A stretch of DNA of 64,000 nt from Octopus sinensis (lineage: Eukaryota), in NCBI RefSeq assembly GCF_006345805.1, contig NC_043006.1, forward strand, positions 58,900,001 to 58,964,000. The letters run 5' to 3'. Made by a program: the position numbers and the translations under genes. Position 1 is the first letter of the stretch; each line of letters begins with the position of its first letter. Shown here in pieces: positions 41,279 to 56,129 of this stretch. The notes beneath the pieces were generated by a model that saw only the letters and a list, made by a program, of their open reading frames with translations, was not told the origin of the DNA and ran no database searches.

Positions 41279-43357
41279 CTTATCTACCAATCCAATAACC
41301 TCTATCTCTCTGTACACCCACGCACACACACACACACACACGCACGCACACACACACACACACCACACACACACACACACACACATTTACTTAGCAGTGA
41401 TTAGTTCAGAAATTCACGTTTATAATTTCAAACAACGTTGTTATGGACTCTGCCTTTCATATATTCAAGTTTTATACAGTAAATACTATTACTCTATTAA
41501 ATTCAACTAGTTATATAATTAGCCATGTTTGCGTCACCCCAAAATAATGATAGTGTTTACATACTTTTCGACATATTCTCAATAATACTTTTTACTCAGA
41601 CAAGGTTCTAGGGTGTAGTTTCTCAACAATCATAGTTTTTTTTAGTATAAGCTGAGTATTAAACTCATTTGTATACGTTTGTATCTGTGCAATATATTGG
41701 AGTACATGCTTTGCTATGGGCTCTCGACTCCTTGATTAGGTGGGAAGGGCACTATCCTGAAATAAGGTGCGTTTTGGATATTTTTAGGTCTAGCGAAGTT
41801 CACCCTTCTTTAGATTTGATCAAAGCCAATTTCTTGCAGTAAAAGAAAAAAAAAATAGATAGACAAGGAGAAAGAAAGAAACGAACCAATCTTAGTTCAG
41901 AATTTGTATTTTAGTCACCGTCTTCGGAATGAATAAAAGCAAACTTCATTTTGACGAGATTTGAATTCGGAACGATTAGCGCAAAACAATCTATCTGACA
42001 CGCTAACAGCTCTGCCAACATACTACCTTATATTGGAATACATCTTATTTTCTATAAGGATTTTTACATAGACTTCTAGCAAACATCAATATGGAAAAGG
42101 AAAGTTGAAGCTTGTGATAGCCATTATGATATTTTCCCGAATATTACATCAACTTAAATGAGACAGTTTCAAGACAGGATCTAAAGACAATCCTCGATGT
42201 GATTGGAACATAAATCTGTAGTGCATAATTTAGCATTCGTAAGGACGATTTTCTCTATTCCAAATTATATATTTCACATAGACATTTCATAGAAAAAACA
42301 CTAAGAGATTCCCTTGACTGGATTGTTTGAAGCCCAGCTCACTGCATTGAGTTTAGATATAAACAATGTAAGTTGTGGGCTGTTATTTTGTTACTAGTGT
42401 TGTTGTTGTATCTTGACCCCAGGTCAGAACTAAATGAGGAGGTCTATAAACAAAAACATTCAAGCCGTAATCAACCTGATGATGATGTCTTCAGGTATCA
42501 AGTACTTAATACTGATGAATGCAACTCGATTTCGAAGAAAACTATCGCTAGATGATTGTTCTCTGAAAACATTAGTAGCACAGATGTGGCTTTTCCGTTT
42601 TGTTAGGGGCCGACACTCCTTTGTACATATCTGGCGACGATAAGGGCTGTCTGCAGCATCGGTTCAGGGAGCTTACCACTCGGACTGACATATGCCTTCA
42701 TTTCGTCATGGAATTTTTCATTGAATGATCTACCTTCTTCGGCAACAGCCAGCCATAGCATGTAACTCATAATGGAGAGATGTTAATAGAATTCTTTTAT
42801 CTTTTACTTGTTTGTCATTAGACCATGGTCTTGCTGGGGCACCGTTTTTAAGGATTTCTTTAGTCGAAAGAATCGACCCCAGTACTTATTTGCTTTTAAA
42901 GCCTGGTACTTATTCTATCGATCTCTTTCTGCCGAATTGCTACATTACGTGGACGTAAAAACACAATCATTGGTTGTCAAACGGTGGTGGGGTACAAACA
43001 CACACACACCTACACACATACACTCACACGACGGGCTTCCTTCAGTTTCTCCCCTACCAAATCCACTCACAAGTCTTTGGTCGGCCCGACGCTATAGCAG
43101 AAGATACTTGCCCAAGGTGCCACACAGTGGTACCGAACGCCTGAAAACATCAAGTCATGCTTGTGTCTGAGAATCTTTAGAAATAAGGGGCATTTCCCCC
43201 GAAAGAACTAGTCTATATTATTAGATGTATACGAAGTTTTCTTTTTAAAGAGATACCTAAACAAAAACTAGCGGTCTCGCAATTCCAGGTGGACTCTGCT
43301 AAGTTCATCCACCCTTCGACAGCTTTTGCTTTTTGTCCTGCAGGGACATACATTCTT

Positions 43358-43430
<73 letters not shown>

Positions 43431-43432
<2 letters not shown>

Positions 43433-45227
43433 CCTTGCTTGATGACGACCTACATTATGAAAAAATTACCAACTACACCCTACAAAAAATAATGAAAACT
43501 CTATCTTCACTAATTAAAACCCATGAAAAGGAACTAACAACCAAAGAGATTGACTTCCTAACAAACTTTAAAAGCAAACCTAGCCTTTTCTATGGTCTGC
43601 CAAAAATTCATAAAAGTCAAATTATAAATGAAACCATTAAAAAATCACCAAAGACATACATACACACACCTAACCCGGGGGACCTAAAACTACGACCCAT
43701 TGTAGCTGGCCCAACCTGTGAAACACACAGACTAAGTCTGCTTATGGACATCCTCCTGAAACCCTTCCTTAAACATATCGTTAGCCATATCAGAGATGAC
43801 TTAGATATGTTAAACCACCTTCCAAAAAAGCCAAGGAAGAAACAATCCTGGTTTCATTTGATGTAGTTAACTTATATACCAGTATACCTCATAATTATGG
43901 ACTGGAGGCAATACAGTTCTGGTTAGACCAATTTCCGGAAGAAATACCAAAAAGGATCAGTAAAGAATTCATTACTAAATCAATTGAATTCTTTCTACCC
44001 AATAACCACTTCATGTTTGACAATACATTTTACCGTCAAAAATCCGGAATTGCTATGGGTACAAGGGCAGCACCAGTCATTGCGAACTTAACAATGGGAT
44101 ACGTGGAAATAATCATTTACCAGAAATCTTTATCAATCTTTGGAAACCCCCTCTCTCAATACATAAAAGAGAATTGGAAACGATTCTTAGACGATTGTTT
44201 TATTCTCTGGAATGAAAACACAGATAAACTCCTAAAATTTAAAAACCTATTGAACAGCATAAACCCAAATATACAGTTCACAATGGAATACAACCAAAAG
44301 GAGCTCCCGTTCTTGGATATACTAATTAAAAAAATTAACCTTAAAATAGAAACAGACATTTTTTACAAAGCCACAGACGCCAAACAATACCTTCTTTTTA
44401 ATTCATGCCACCCAAGACACACTAAAACAAACATCCCCTTCAACCTTGCAAGAAGGATATGCACAATAGTGTCAGAACAAAATACCAGGAACTTTAGACT
44501 GCAAGAACTCAAAAACACCCTAATTGACAGACATTACCCAGCTCAACTCATAGAGGATGGGATCAGACGTGCAACAGAAATCAACATAGAAACTTTAAGA
44601 AAAGTTCAACACAACAACACACCTTCCCCGAAAATACTGCCTTACATATCTACATACAACCCCAGAAACAAAGAAGCCTTCACCATCATCACCCAGAATT
44701 TACCAATACTTCATAAATACCCCAAATTAAAGGAAATTCTAAACATACACCAAATCATTAAAAGCTACAAACAGCCTAAATCACTTAAAAAGATTCTCAC
44801 AAAGGCAAAATTGTCTTCTGAAATTACGGATGCAAAAGTAAAAAAATGTGGTAGATCGAACTGTGCAACATACCCTAACCTGCTAGAAGGATCAGAATTC
44901 CTCTGTAAAGAGGGACAGAAGTTCAAGATCAAATCTAACTTTACTTGTGCCTCTGAAAACATAATTTATGTCATAAAATGCTCGGGCTGCCACCAAGACT
45001 ACGTGGGTTCCACGGGACTATCACTCAGACGTAGATGCACACTGCATCGACAACAGATTGCATTCTCAGAATATAGAATGATACCTTTTAGTGAGCACAT
45101 TGAAAAATGCGCAAAGCAACTACTACCACAATTTTTAATCTTTCCATTTTACCAATGTGCTTTCGAATCATCAACACAAATTAGACTAAACAAGGAAACA
45201 TTCTTCATTGAAAAATACAAGCCCTGA
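43431..45227 (+). mobile_element. Penelope-like element: reverse transcriptase plus GIY-YIG endonuclease, 5'-truncated at a (TA)n tract
   Basis: FYGLPKIHK, LRPIVAG, LVSFDVVNLYTSIPH, GIAMGTRAAP, WKRFLDDCF, and IIYVIKCSGCHQDYVGST. Single -1 frameshift in the A6 run at 43824-43829. Confidence 0.95.
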
Positions 45228-45569
45228 CTCAACCATTCGAACATACTGATACAGAGAAATTCACACCAAGGGAAAGGAAAAATTTTTTAAGCGATTATCT
45301 CCCTTACACCGGAAGAAATCACTCACTACCTTCCCTTATTTAGAACTCTCCTGAACATAAACATAACGAAAACTCTATTCAACATAAACATAACGTCGCA
45401 AGAAATTTGAAAAGCTAAACGCCAAACCGGTCTTTCTTTTAAATTATGTCATTATAAGAGAAAAAATTTTTTTTTTAATTTTCTAATATTCTTCAGACAT
45501 ATTGACGCAAATATATAGATTTTTTAACATTTAAGCCTTCTATAGTTTTTTCACTCTTTACTTTTCTCT

Positions 45570-45640
<71 letters not shown>

Positions 45641-45729
45641 TCTTTTATAAATATATATATATATATATTTATACATTCTTTTATAAATATATATATATGT
45701 ATATACATACATTCCTTTATACACACACA

Positions 45730-45779
<50 letters not shown>

Positions 45780-47573
45780 AATTGGGTAGCAAATATTAGT
45801 ATTTAGAACTCCATATGCACCGATATGTATTCCTTTTTATCCAAAAGGAAACTTCGAGAACTCGTATTATAGTCCGAGTTTCATTTGATTGGAATTTACA
45901 GTTGTGTAATTCACAGAACGTAGAGAAAATAAAGCAAAACAGGAGAATATATTTATATAATATCTAGTTAACAATGAAGGCGATGGGATGTGATTTGAGG
46001 GAATTTGTGCTGTTCTTTCTGGCATCTCAAGCGCCCACATAGAGGTTTCATATTCCTTATTTAGTAGCGTACAACTAGTGTTGTGTGCCTTATTGATGTG
46101 TTTTACATAACTGACGATAAATGCCTTCAAGAAATGTATCCACAAATTTTTCAAAAGAAGCCTTGCAGTATAAGCTGTTTAACAATATATTGATTTGTAG
46201 CAGCGATTGATTAATCCCAGTAATTCATTCCCATATAGGAACAAAGCCTGATATTTTGGAGGAAAAGGCTAATCGGTTACATCCACCCCAGTGCTCGACT
46301 GTTATTTATTTTAGCATCTCCGAAAAGATGAAAGGTAAAGCTAATCTCAGCAGAGTTACAACTCAGAAAGTAAAGCCGGAAGAAATTCCGCTGATAATTT
46401 CGTCCGGCGTGTTAAACGATTTTGCCCGCTCGTCGCCTTATTAATTCCGGTAATTAACTGGCAGTTGTTTTATCAACCACCAACCACGAAAGAATGAATT
46501 ATCCATAGAGACTTCCACCAGTATTTCAATCTAGAACTTAACCCTTTGAATCCACGAGTACGCTATAGCAGGCGAGATTTCAATTGGCTAAACTCCTGGC
46601 AGGCGTAAAATCGGGCGACCTCATGCTTTTACTTACTGCTGAAAGTAAAGATGTTTCTACCAAATAGCGAGTCGTAAACACCATATAGTCACCCGCTTTT
46701 TCGTCTTCCAAACAAAATCTTCCCTACTGAAGGGCTTTCGCGAGTTCAAAGCATTAAACGAGGAATAATTAGACAGCAGTGCAGTCCATTGGGCTTGAAG
46801 AAACATTTAAGAACTGAAGGAAAAGTATCAAATGTATGCAGAAAGAAAAGGAAAGAGAGAGGGACTGTGTGTGATAGAGAGATGATTGGACATGCTTAAT
46901 ATAATTAAACGAGCCATTATGTATATAAAGACATAAACATTTCCAATATGCACTTCAAAATATACTCCAGATATATGCGATTAATTGAGCGAACAATATT
47001 ATTGTGAAATAGAAAACTAAACCATCAACTGCATTCAATTAATATTAATGAGGGAAATGATATTTCTATAATTAACAAAGTGAGTAAAAGAATGCGAAGC
47101 AGAGGTGCTAATTAAAGATATTATTCATAAATTGACGTTCATTAAAACAGCACATAATGTTATAAATATGTCTTTTTTTTTTCAATAAAAGGAAAGAATT
47201 ACAAGAAAAAAAGCTAGAGATAAAAAAAAGTAAAAATAACGGAAGCAGCATTTCTATAGTTAATTCTAAGAAATATTTCCTTCTTTCAGGTTTCCGGAAG
47301 TAGGAATTTATGGGTAAACAAAGAATTTATATGAACAGCTTGCTTATCGTTGAATGTTAAGCTCAATTAGTTTGTGTTATGGTTCTATTAAGAATAAGTA
47401 TAACGGTAAGACCGGGATAATTCTATGTGCATGTATGAATGTATGTATGCATATGTATGAATATAGGTAAATAGATATGTACGGTTGCAGATACACACAC
47501 ACACATGCTATGTATGCATATGTATCAAACGTACTGTTTACAAACAATACTCGAACATTAGCATAAACCTGGA

Positions 47574-47607
<34 letters not shown>

Positions 47608-47625
47608 TGTGTATGCCTATTTCTC

Positions 47626-47665
<40 letters not shown>

Positions 47666-48466
47666 TATGTATGTATGTATGAATGTATGTATATATATAC
47701 ATATATATATACACATATATACATCTATATATATATATATACATACATACATACATATATATTCTTACACACATACACACGCACACACACAAGCACTTAC
47801 ACACACTTATATATCATGTACAGTAATATTCAATCTGTTCGTGTACATTCGGAAGTCCAGTATGATTGAAGATAATTTGCTTGAGCACAGGTTAGTGTAC
47901 CTTTTACACCCCCCACACACACATGCACGCATCATATATATATAAATGTCGTTGCAAGTAATTGTTTTGTGACTTCAGCATCATTCATAATACATATGCA
48001 ATTTATAACCTCTTTCGTTGTGTAAAGGGATAGATGTGCATACTTCTGTGTGTGTATGTGTACATGTTTTTATGTGTGTGTACATGTATGTGTACATGTA
48101 AGTAGTGTGTTTTATGTGTTTTTGTACTTCTATATCTATTTGTACGTAACCATTAAATAATCACTTGAATCTGGTTCTTGAATATCATTGCAGTAGGCCA
48201 TGATATTATACAGCTTATAATAGTAAGTTACACTTAGCTATTATATGCAGATACTTTAGCACAGCATGCTTTGGATTCAATATGTAATAACATATTAGTG
48301 TATCTGATATAACCGGATAAATACATTCCAGATCTCAAACGGCCGAGAACCTGTATTTATGCGTTTTTTCATTTCCGAGAGCCAATGTCCTAATGTCTTA
48401 CCAATCATAAGTTCTCTCCTTGTAGAAACCGAAAGTGCATCATAAACTAATATATATATATATACT

Positions 48467-48498
<32 letters not shown>

Positions 48499-48499
48499 A

Positions 48500-48562
<63 letters not shown>

Positions 48563-49226
48563 GAACTATGAACCAAGTGTGCTAAAGTGTGCAAAAGTGC
48601 GTAATTTACATACAAGTAATGTTATCGGAATATTGAGAATCCTGTAACGGAAAAGTAAGAAAAAAGAAGTGAGAGTGATACGATAAAGCGAAGTAAAATA
48701 GTGCCATCCATCAATTATATTTTAAAAAGATTTTTAAAAAATATATATATATTAATGAAAAAATATGAATATCATGCAAGGGCGTATTAAAAAATAATGA
48801 AAGGTGTTGAAAAAGCTGAGCGAAGAGAAGAAAATAGTGTGGCCATAGCAACAAGGATGTACTTAGATCAGACAAACCTTCATTTGATATAACTGCAAAA
48901 AAGATAAAGAAAAGCAGATAAAAACAGTTTATCGAATTCGATAATAATAGGTGACACAATAAAGATAACAAAGCTTACTATTGAATATGTTCTGTTCCCC
49001 ATTGTCTACCATCTTTGAATTCGTATTTTGACGATATTTAATTACTGTATATGTAGAAAGGAATAGTTTAGTGTTTTGATTTGTTATACAAAGTAATCTT
49101 TGCTTCGTTTCCTGTATATTTTCCACAAGCTCTTTTTTTTTTCTTAGACCACAGTTTTAGATGTGTATAATTTCAGTATTTAGTTTGGTAAGCAAAATTG
49201 TAATGCGCACGATGATGATGATGATG

Positions 49227-49320
<94 letters not shown>

Positions 49321-49322
<2 letters not shown>

Positions 49323-49498
49323 GGGGACAGCTAGGATTTTGAGATTGTTGGTTGGGTCTTGAATATTTTCCACCATACTCTAAGTACCAAGTCTTATAAT
49401 TTGCGGAAACCGACCCTGAGAGAACTCTGGTAACAGGCTGCTGTCTGCTCTCATAGAACCAACCAGAGCAACTATGACCGAGAGCTCTGAGAAGTAAA

Positions 49499-49500
<2 letters not shown>
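49321..49500 (+). mobile_element. Extremely 5'-truncated R4/Dong copy (last codons plus 3' UTR) inside (AAT)n
   Basis: GTARILRLLVGS* directly after (AAT)n 49226-49320, followed by (AAT)n 49500-49580. Confidence 0.65.
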
Positions 49501-49546
<46 letters not shown>

Positions 49547-49558
49547 TAATAATAATGA

Positions 49559-49597
<39 letters not shown>

Positions 49598-50782
49598 TAC
49601 TGTTATTATTAACTCTTCTTTCAATTTTGTTTTCATTTCGTACCGAATGTCTTCCCGACACCTAGGGCAAAGAAACTCGGATTTATGACTTGAAATATTA
49701 GGTGAGGAAGTCAGTCGATTACATGGAATCTAGTTGCTCAACTGGTACTTATTTCATTGACTCGGAAGGCTGAAAATCGACCTCGGAAGAATTTGAACTC
49801 AGAACGAATGCCGCAAAGAATTTTGTCCGGTGCGGTAACTATTCTTCCAGCGCATCGACTTCAATAATAATAATAATGGTAATAATAAATGGAAGTTTAA
49901 ACCGAAATTGTCTGGGAAAAGTTTATATCTTTAGTCTGTATATAAAGGCACTCGATCTTGCGAATAACCTCTATCTGCGTATATGGTTTGTATGTATGCA
50001 TGTATGTATGTACATATATATATATATATATACTTATGAATATGTTCAATTATGAGTATGTAAATATAAGTAAATGTATATAAAAATATTCATACATGTC
50101 GAGTACATCTTTATCATGTTCATGTACATGTATAATCATGCATTCGTATACACATTCATATGTACGAACGTGCATACATACATACATGCATACATAATAC
50201 ATATATATGGCTTGCTTTACAACATCGGCTCAACTCATAATGAAGTATTAGGGGCACAGTTGATGAAATAAAATTAGTCTCCGTTATTTATATTCCAAGC
50301 ATGGTCCATCTTTTACCAGGTCTTGCCACAGTCAATTTCTTCACGATATAGGAGAAATAAACTGCAAGTATAAAACTTCTGCTTTAATTAGCACCGCCAA
50401 AAGAATGAATGTACATATGCATGTATATGTAGCTATACGTATAAATGTATGTACATGTGTAAGAATGCATAGAATTTATACATACTCATGTATCCAAGGG
50501 ATCAATAAATTGAATGGATATTCTTACAATAGTTAAGATGATTCCGTCTGATCCACCACACAGGAAATAACAACGACGTATCATTTAAAACTTGATTAAA
50601 AGCAAATACCTCGCCAACATCTGAATAATTATGTGGTTGTGTGGTATATGAGGTATTTCACATAAAGTGGGTTATTCGCAATTTTCAGGAGAATTCAACC
50701 AAGATTAGAGTTAATGGTTGACAAATAATTTTTCTCTTCCTACAATAGAAACTCTTTCGGAAAACATGACTGACTGAATAAT

Positions 50783-50863
<81 letters not shown>

Positions 50864-53800
50864 TTAATTTGATTCACTAACTGATAAGTATGATTGTCTT
50901 ATCCCCCTATTAATCTTAAAAGTCGCGAAATAATATTTCCATTTTGCTTATAATCATTTTACAATCAATTATTTACGTTTCATGTAAGATCATATTTCCT
51001 GAGATGAACTCATAGATTCAGATATCTTCGCCGATATTAACGATTAATATTTCGTATTGCCCTCTTGATATTAATTTGCCTCTCACATTCGATGGTGTTT
51101 CTGGATGTTTTGAAGATAATTCGTTATAAAAGTATATACAATGTAAAATAAAAATACTATGAGACACATTGGTTTATTTTCATCTCATTTTACTTCGTTT
51201 TTACCCTGATATTGTTATTCGTTGTGAAAGAGGAGACATTATACTGCATTTCATTGACAACATTATATACACCATAATATGGACCAATATATACACCATT
51301 ACTGTCATAATATAGTTTTATAGAAAACAGGACTGTTAGGAAAAGAGGTGAAATATATTAATTAAAATATTATCTAACGAAAAGATATAGATAAAAAATG
51401 CCTTTTTGTATAAATGTTGCCGGTTTTAACAAAGCAACAAACGAAATGGTATAAATACTAAAAGACTAGTTTTATTGAAACGTTTTTATTCTTCACAAAA
51501 GAAAAAAAAATCATTTGTGATAAACAGTCCGCTTTAAAAATTCTGTTGAAAGTTCAATAAATGTTTGAAGTCGAAACTATATGATGAATAAGCACAATAA
51601 CTTTGAGCCGACTGTATCGTACAAAAAAGGAAGCTTAGCTTCTTTGTTGAACATTTATTCAAGTTATATCAATTTAAAACAGTTCACCGATGTTTTGTCT
51701 ACGCATCATTTCACAAATTTAGCCTTACTTCGTTTTAAATCAATTTTCAAATATTTCTTTTAAATCTGAAAAAAAAAAATCTCATGAATTTCTAAATTAA
51801 GCATCATATTTAATCTTAAAAAATGTTTTTACTGAATCGCATGTTTTAAAGATGTTGGAAGTATGATGTATTTGAAGATCTTAAAGGAACCGTGTTTTTG
51901 AAGATGTGCTTCATAAAGAGAACAGAAACATTTAGAAGCACTATTGATTTTTAATTTTACATTTAAAAACATTGTTATAATCGGTTTTGTTCTCGTTAAA
52001 AAGAACTTTAGAAAAATTTAGTAAAATTTGAAGAAATTATCATGAAAAGGTTACGGAGTATTTTTATGAATGAAATTATATTTTCAATTAAATAGTTTTT
52101 GATATCTATATGTTTCTAAAATATTATATTCATTTGAATTACCACAGCAGTTATTTTTAAATTTAAATATCAATAGAATAATGAGAAATTAAAACGAGTT
52201 GTGACGAAAAAGATGAAAAAAAGATGTGTAACATAATGCTTGAAATCAAATCAAAGTACATCAGAGTCAAGGATGATTATTGCTATAACTATTAACAAAT
52301 GGAGCCGCATATAAACTTATCATCAAATAGAACTTGATCTTTCGCTTAATTATTTTAGTAAACGTAATAGAATTTAGTAAAAAAAATTAGGAATGTTATT
52401 CTTAATATATTTAAGAGAAACACATCTACAGTCACACAGTACGCAATTCGCTTAGGAGATTATTCGATCTGAAATAAAATAACAAGTACATGGCAGTGGT
52501 TGCAAAGAGTCCTGTAAAGCAGTTCCTCTAGTGCTAAGGCCCTGATGAAATACATAATCTCTTTTTATGAGGAGATGGTAGGCCGAATGTCTTGTTCGGT
52601 TTCACACTTTGATATTTAAATCTTGGGTGTATTTAGTTGAATTTGTTGCATCATAGGGTACAGGTGGGTTTTCCAAATAGTATAAGGATCCCAAACTAAA
52701 TGTTAGAGCTTTCAAAAAATTATGGTTCAGTGATTGTGTCCGCACAGGATTTGGGCGAGCCAATTTGAGGGCGATGAATTTAAATTGGGCTACTCGCAGA
52801 GATCCATCTAGTAGTTTAACAGCAACTCACGAACCAAGATTCCCTTGTTCCTGCAAGAAATATTCGCCGATCCCCCCACCACTTCCATCATCATCAACAT
52901 GAACATTTTCAATTAAAAAATGTAACAAAAACCACTTCTTTAACCAAATTCTCTTCTGTACCAACATCCATGATCTTCAGTCCAATCTGTGTTTATTAAG
53001 CTACAAATTTGACGAGGCATTACGATCGCGTTACGAACCCTTAAAGTGCCTGGCGGTCCCACTCGTAAACATCTTTTTCCTCTTGTACGCTATAATGACA
53101 CTACATGAGGCAACATACTAGAGTTGTCACTGAATTTCCTATCCCACAACAACAACCCACGGTGTGCCTTCATTTAATTTTTAATCAATTTAAATTTAGG
53201 AGTTCGTTCCCTTACCAGTCCTAATGAGAAATGTCTTTTCTTATCAACACAGATGTAATTTCGAGTGATTAAAATTTCTTCCTTGGTTCCGTCTACTAAT
53301 CAAGTTACTCCTCTCTTAACTAAATTTTCTTATCCACAGAAGTGTTATTTTAATTGATTTAAAAAGGTCTTCTTTAGTCCGCTATACTAATTATGTGAAC
53401 TCATATTCAACTACTTGTTATTCAAGCAGAAAACATCCCTGGGAAATCTCCATCGTCATTAGCTGAAATGTTGAAGGGAAGTGTGTTCTCAAAAATGGTA
53501 GAGTGCCCTTTATGGCCCAAGTTCAAATGAAGCTATGATGATTTTTGCCTTCATCCTTCTGGGTTTTATAAAATAAGTACCAGTCACGTGATAATTGAAT
53601 ATTGATTCGTAACTGTGTGGCTGGGTCAATGTGGGATTATAGGAAGAGATAAAGATAGAAAGCAATAAACTGTATAACGAGATAAAGGTTGTAACCTGAT
53701 GCTTACTAGCTCTTAATTATAGCAGTACGGTTAAGAAGTGCACTTTGCAACCACGTAGTTCCTGTTTCAACCCTAAGTCGCAGCACCTTGAGTAAGTGTT

Positions 53801-53868
53801 TTCTATCTAGTTTACTTTGGGAAAGGAATTTGATAGACTGTGTGGAAATCTCATGACATACATACATA

Positions 53869-53971
<103 letters not shown>

Positions 53972-54039
53972 ACACATATAACTGCTACGTTTGTGGAGTA
54001 TATAAACAGTTTGCTTGTTTCTCTGGAGACTGTCAGAAT

Positions 54040-54345
54040 AGTGTAGACGCCTCTGATGAGAACTCAGTAAGGTTCGAAAATCGATTATAGTTGTTCATAA
54101 TTTTTTCATTATACCATATGTTACAGATATATTATACCTTAATACTGTGTGGACTAAGATCCCCGTTGACAGGCTGTTAAACGCTTTCGGTGTGCAAATT
54201 AGGGACTCCTTCATAGAGTAACTGCTGCATTTGTTGAGTATATTAACAGTTTGGTTGCTTGCTTCTCTGGAGACTGTCAGAATGATGCAGACGCCTCTGA
54301 TGTGAACCAAATAAGGTTCGAAAATCGATTAAGGTAGTTCATCAT
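54040..54345 (+). ncRNA. Two tandem degenerate type I hammerhead motifs (244-bp spacing)
   Basis: CTGATGA-GAAC..GTTC-GAAAATCGATTA at 54053 and CTGATGT-GAAC..GTTC-GAAAATCGATTA-AGGT at 54297, with palindromic AATCGATT stem III. Confidence 0.6.
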
Positions 54346-56005
54346 CATTTTTCTCAGTCTGCAGGGAAATGGCTAAAATTTGTCCCGTTTATAATTATAC
54401 CATTTGTTACATATATATAACACACGAGTAAGCGCATAAATGCAGAACAAGATGGAAAAAATAGTACTCGAATACCGAGGGTAGAGTAATGTGATTTTAT
54501 TAAAAGTATCTATCTATCTGTGTGTGTGTGTGTAACTTTAATTCAAAGCTGTATCTTTACAGATCGATAGTGTAAGGTTCGGATTACAAAAGCAGCAACG
54601 TTAAACCAGAATAGCGATCTGTGAAGACGAGGCTTTGAATAAGAATGATTCCAAAGTATTATATCGTATTGAGTACTACGTAGCTTTATTTGATATACTG
54701 CCGTATACGCATCTTTTACTTATATATGTATTATACATATGTGTGTGCTTGTGTATATGTGTGCTAGCGTGTGTATTTTTAGTGTGTATTTTTCGTGTTA
54801 GCGTGTATTTTTCGCAGATATAGCAACGAATGCTGTCAATTGAAAAACATGCGCTTTTCGAACGAGTTCCTTTAAAATATTTGTTCTACACCGAGTTACA
54901 GATACTCCTCAATCATTCTCACTGTCAGAAATATTCAATGGACCAATGAATCCAATGACCGACGCCGTCACTGTTAATAAACTGTTATATAAAATATCCA
55001 AATAAATAAGTGTTGTTTATATAGTATATCAACCAAATTTCCTGAATAGAAGTCGATAGATAGATAGAGAGATAGATTGATATTTATTTCCACTGTCAAT
55101 AATATCACGTGAGAAAGTACAGTTGGATATATTAAGTTCCCGATTCATGTTGTATGAATTACATAATTCATTACAAATACTGATGTAAATGAAAAAAATA
55201 AAGTAGCAAAAATTTTCTATACCAACCTACTTTCCTACGTTCATACATATAAACGTGTATGCATATATTATATTCATATATCATACATGGACACATACAT
55301 ATTTGACTATTGAAAATGTTTGATTGTGATAATAAAAGAAGAATGTTTTTTTATTAGGTTTTATCTGTCTTCCAGAACATTCTTGATGAAAAGGAAATGA
55401 GAAAAATATGGAGTTCAAAAAATATATTGATTCTGTAAAGTTTGCCGAGAAAGAATTAACAACAACAAAACAGCTACTGTTATAGCAGCAGCAGCAGCAG
55501 CAACAACGACAACAACAACAAATGTGGAGGTGCAGTGGCCCAGTGGTTAGGGCAGCGGGCTCGCGGTCGTAAGAACGCGGTTTCGATTCCCAGACCGGAC
55601 ATTGTGAGTGTTTATTGAGAAAAAAACACCTAAGCTCCACGAGGCTCCGGCGGGGGTGGGTGAAACCCGCTGTACTTTTTCATCACGACTTTCTCTCCTT
55701 CTTTCTTCCTACTTCTGCCACAAAGTAGAGGAACCATGGTGTAACCCAGTATGGTGTGGTAAACTTTCAGACCCTAGTCTAGATTGCGAACCCTCTGTAT
55801 CCCAGGATGGTTCAGCTCTCCACCCGTTAAAAGCCACCGTTTACGGAATGAGGATAACAACGTAGCTTTCGCGCCCGTGCAACCGCCAGTCTATCGCGTG
55901 TGGTGGGTGGATCTTCAAGTTGCCACACGTATTCTTAGTAGCTTAGAATAGGCTCGAATTAGAGATTATTCTTTGTGGCTAATGGCGTGAGTCCTGATTG
56001 GAAAA

Positions 56006-56105
56006 AGAAGAAGAAGAAGAAGAAGAAGAAGAAGAAGAAGAAGAAGAAGAAGAAGAAGAAGAAGAAGAAGAAGAAGAAGAAGAAGAAGAAGAAGAAGAAG
56101 AAGAA
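56006..56105. repeat. (GAA)n microsatellite
   Basis: Direct reading. Confidence 0.98.
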
Positions 56106-56129
56106 GGCCAAATCATTTCGAAGGTGGGT

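Noticed and set aside
52480-53450. Possible degenerate LINE ORF1 or gag on the - strand
   Set aside because: Only vague compositional resemblance with many stops; no motif I can name with confidence.
55526-55600. tRNA gene
   Set aside because: A- and B-box-like head continues into a SINE body shared with 59270-59585; no convincing acceptor stem.
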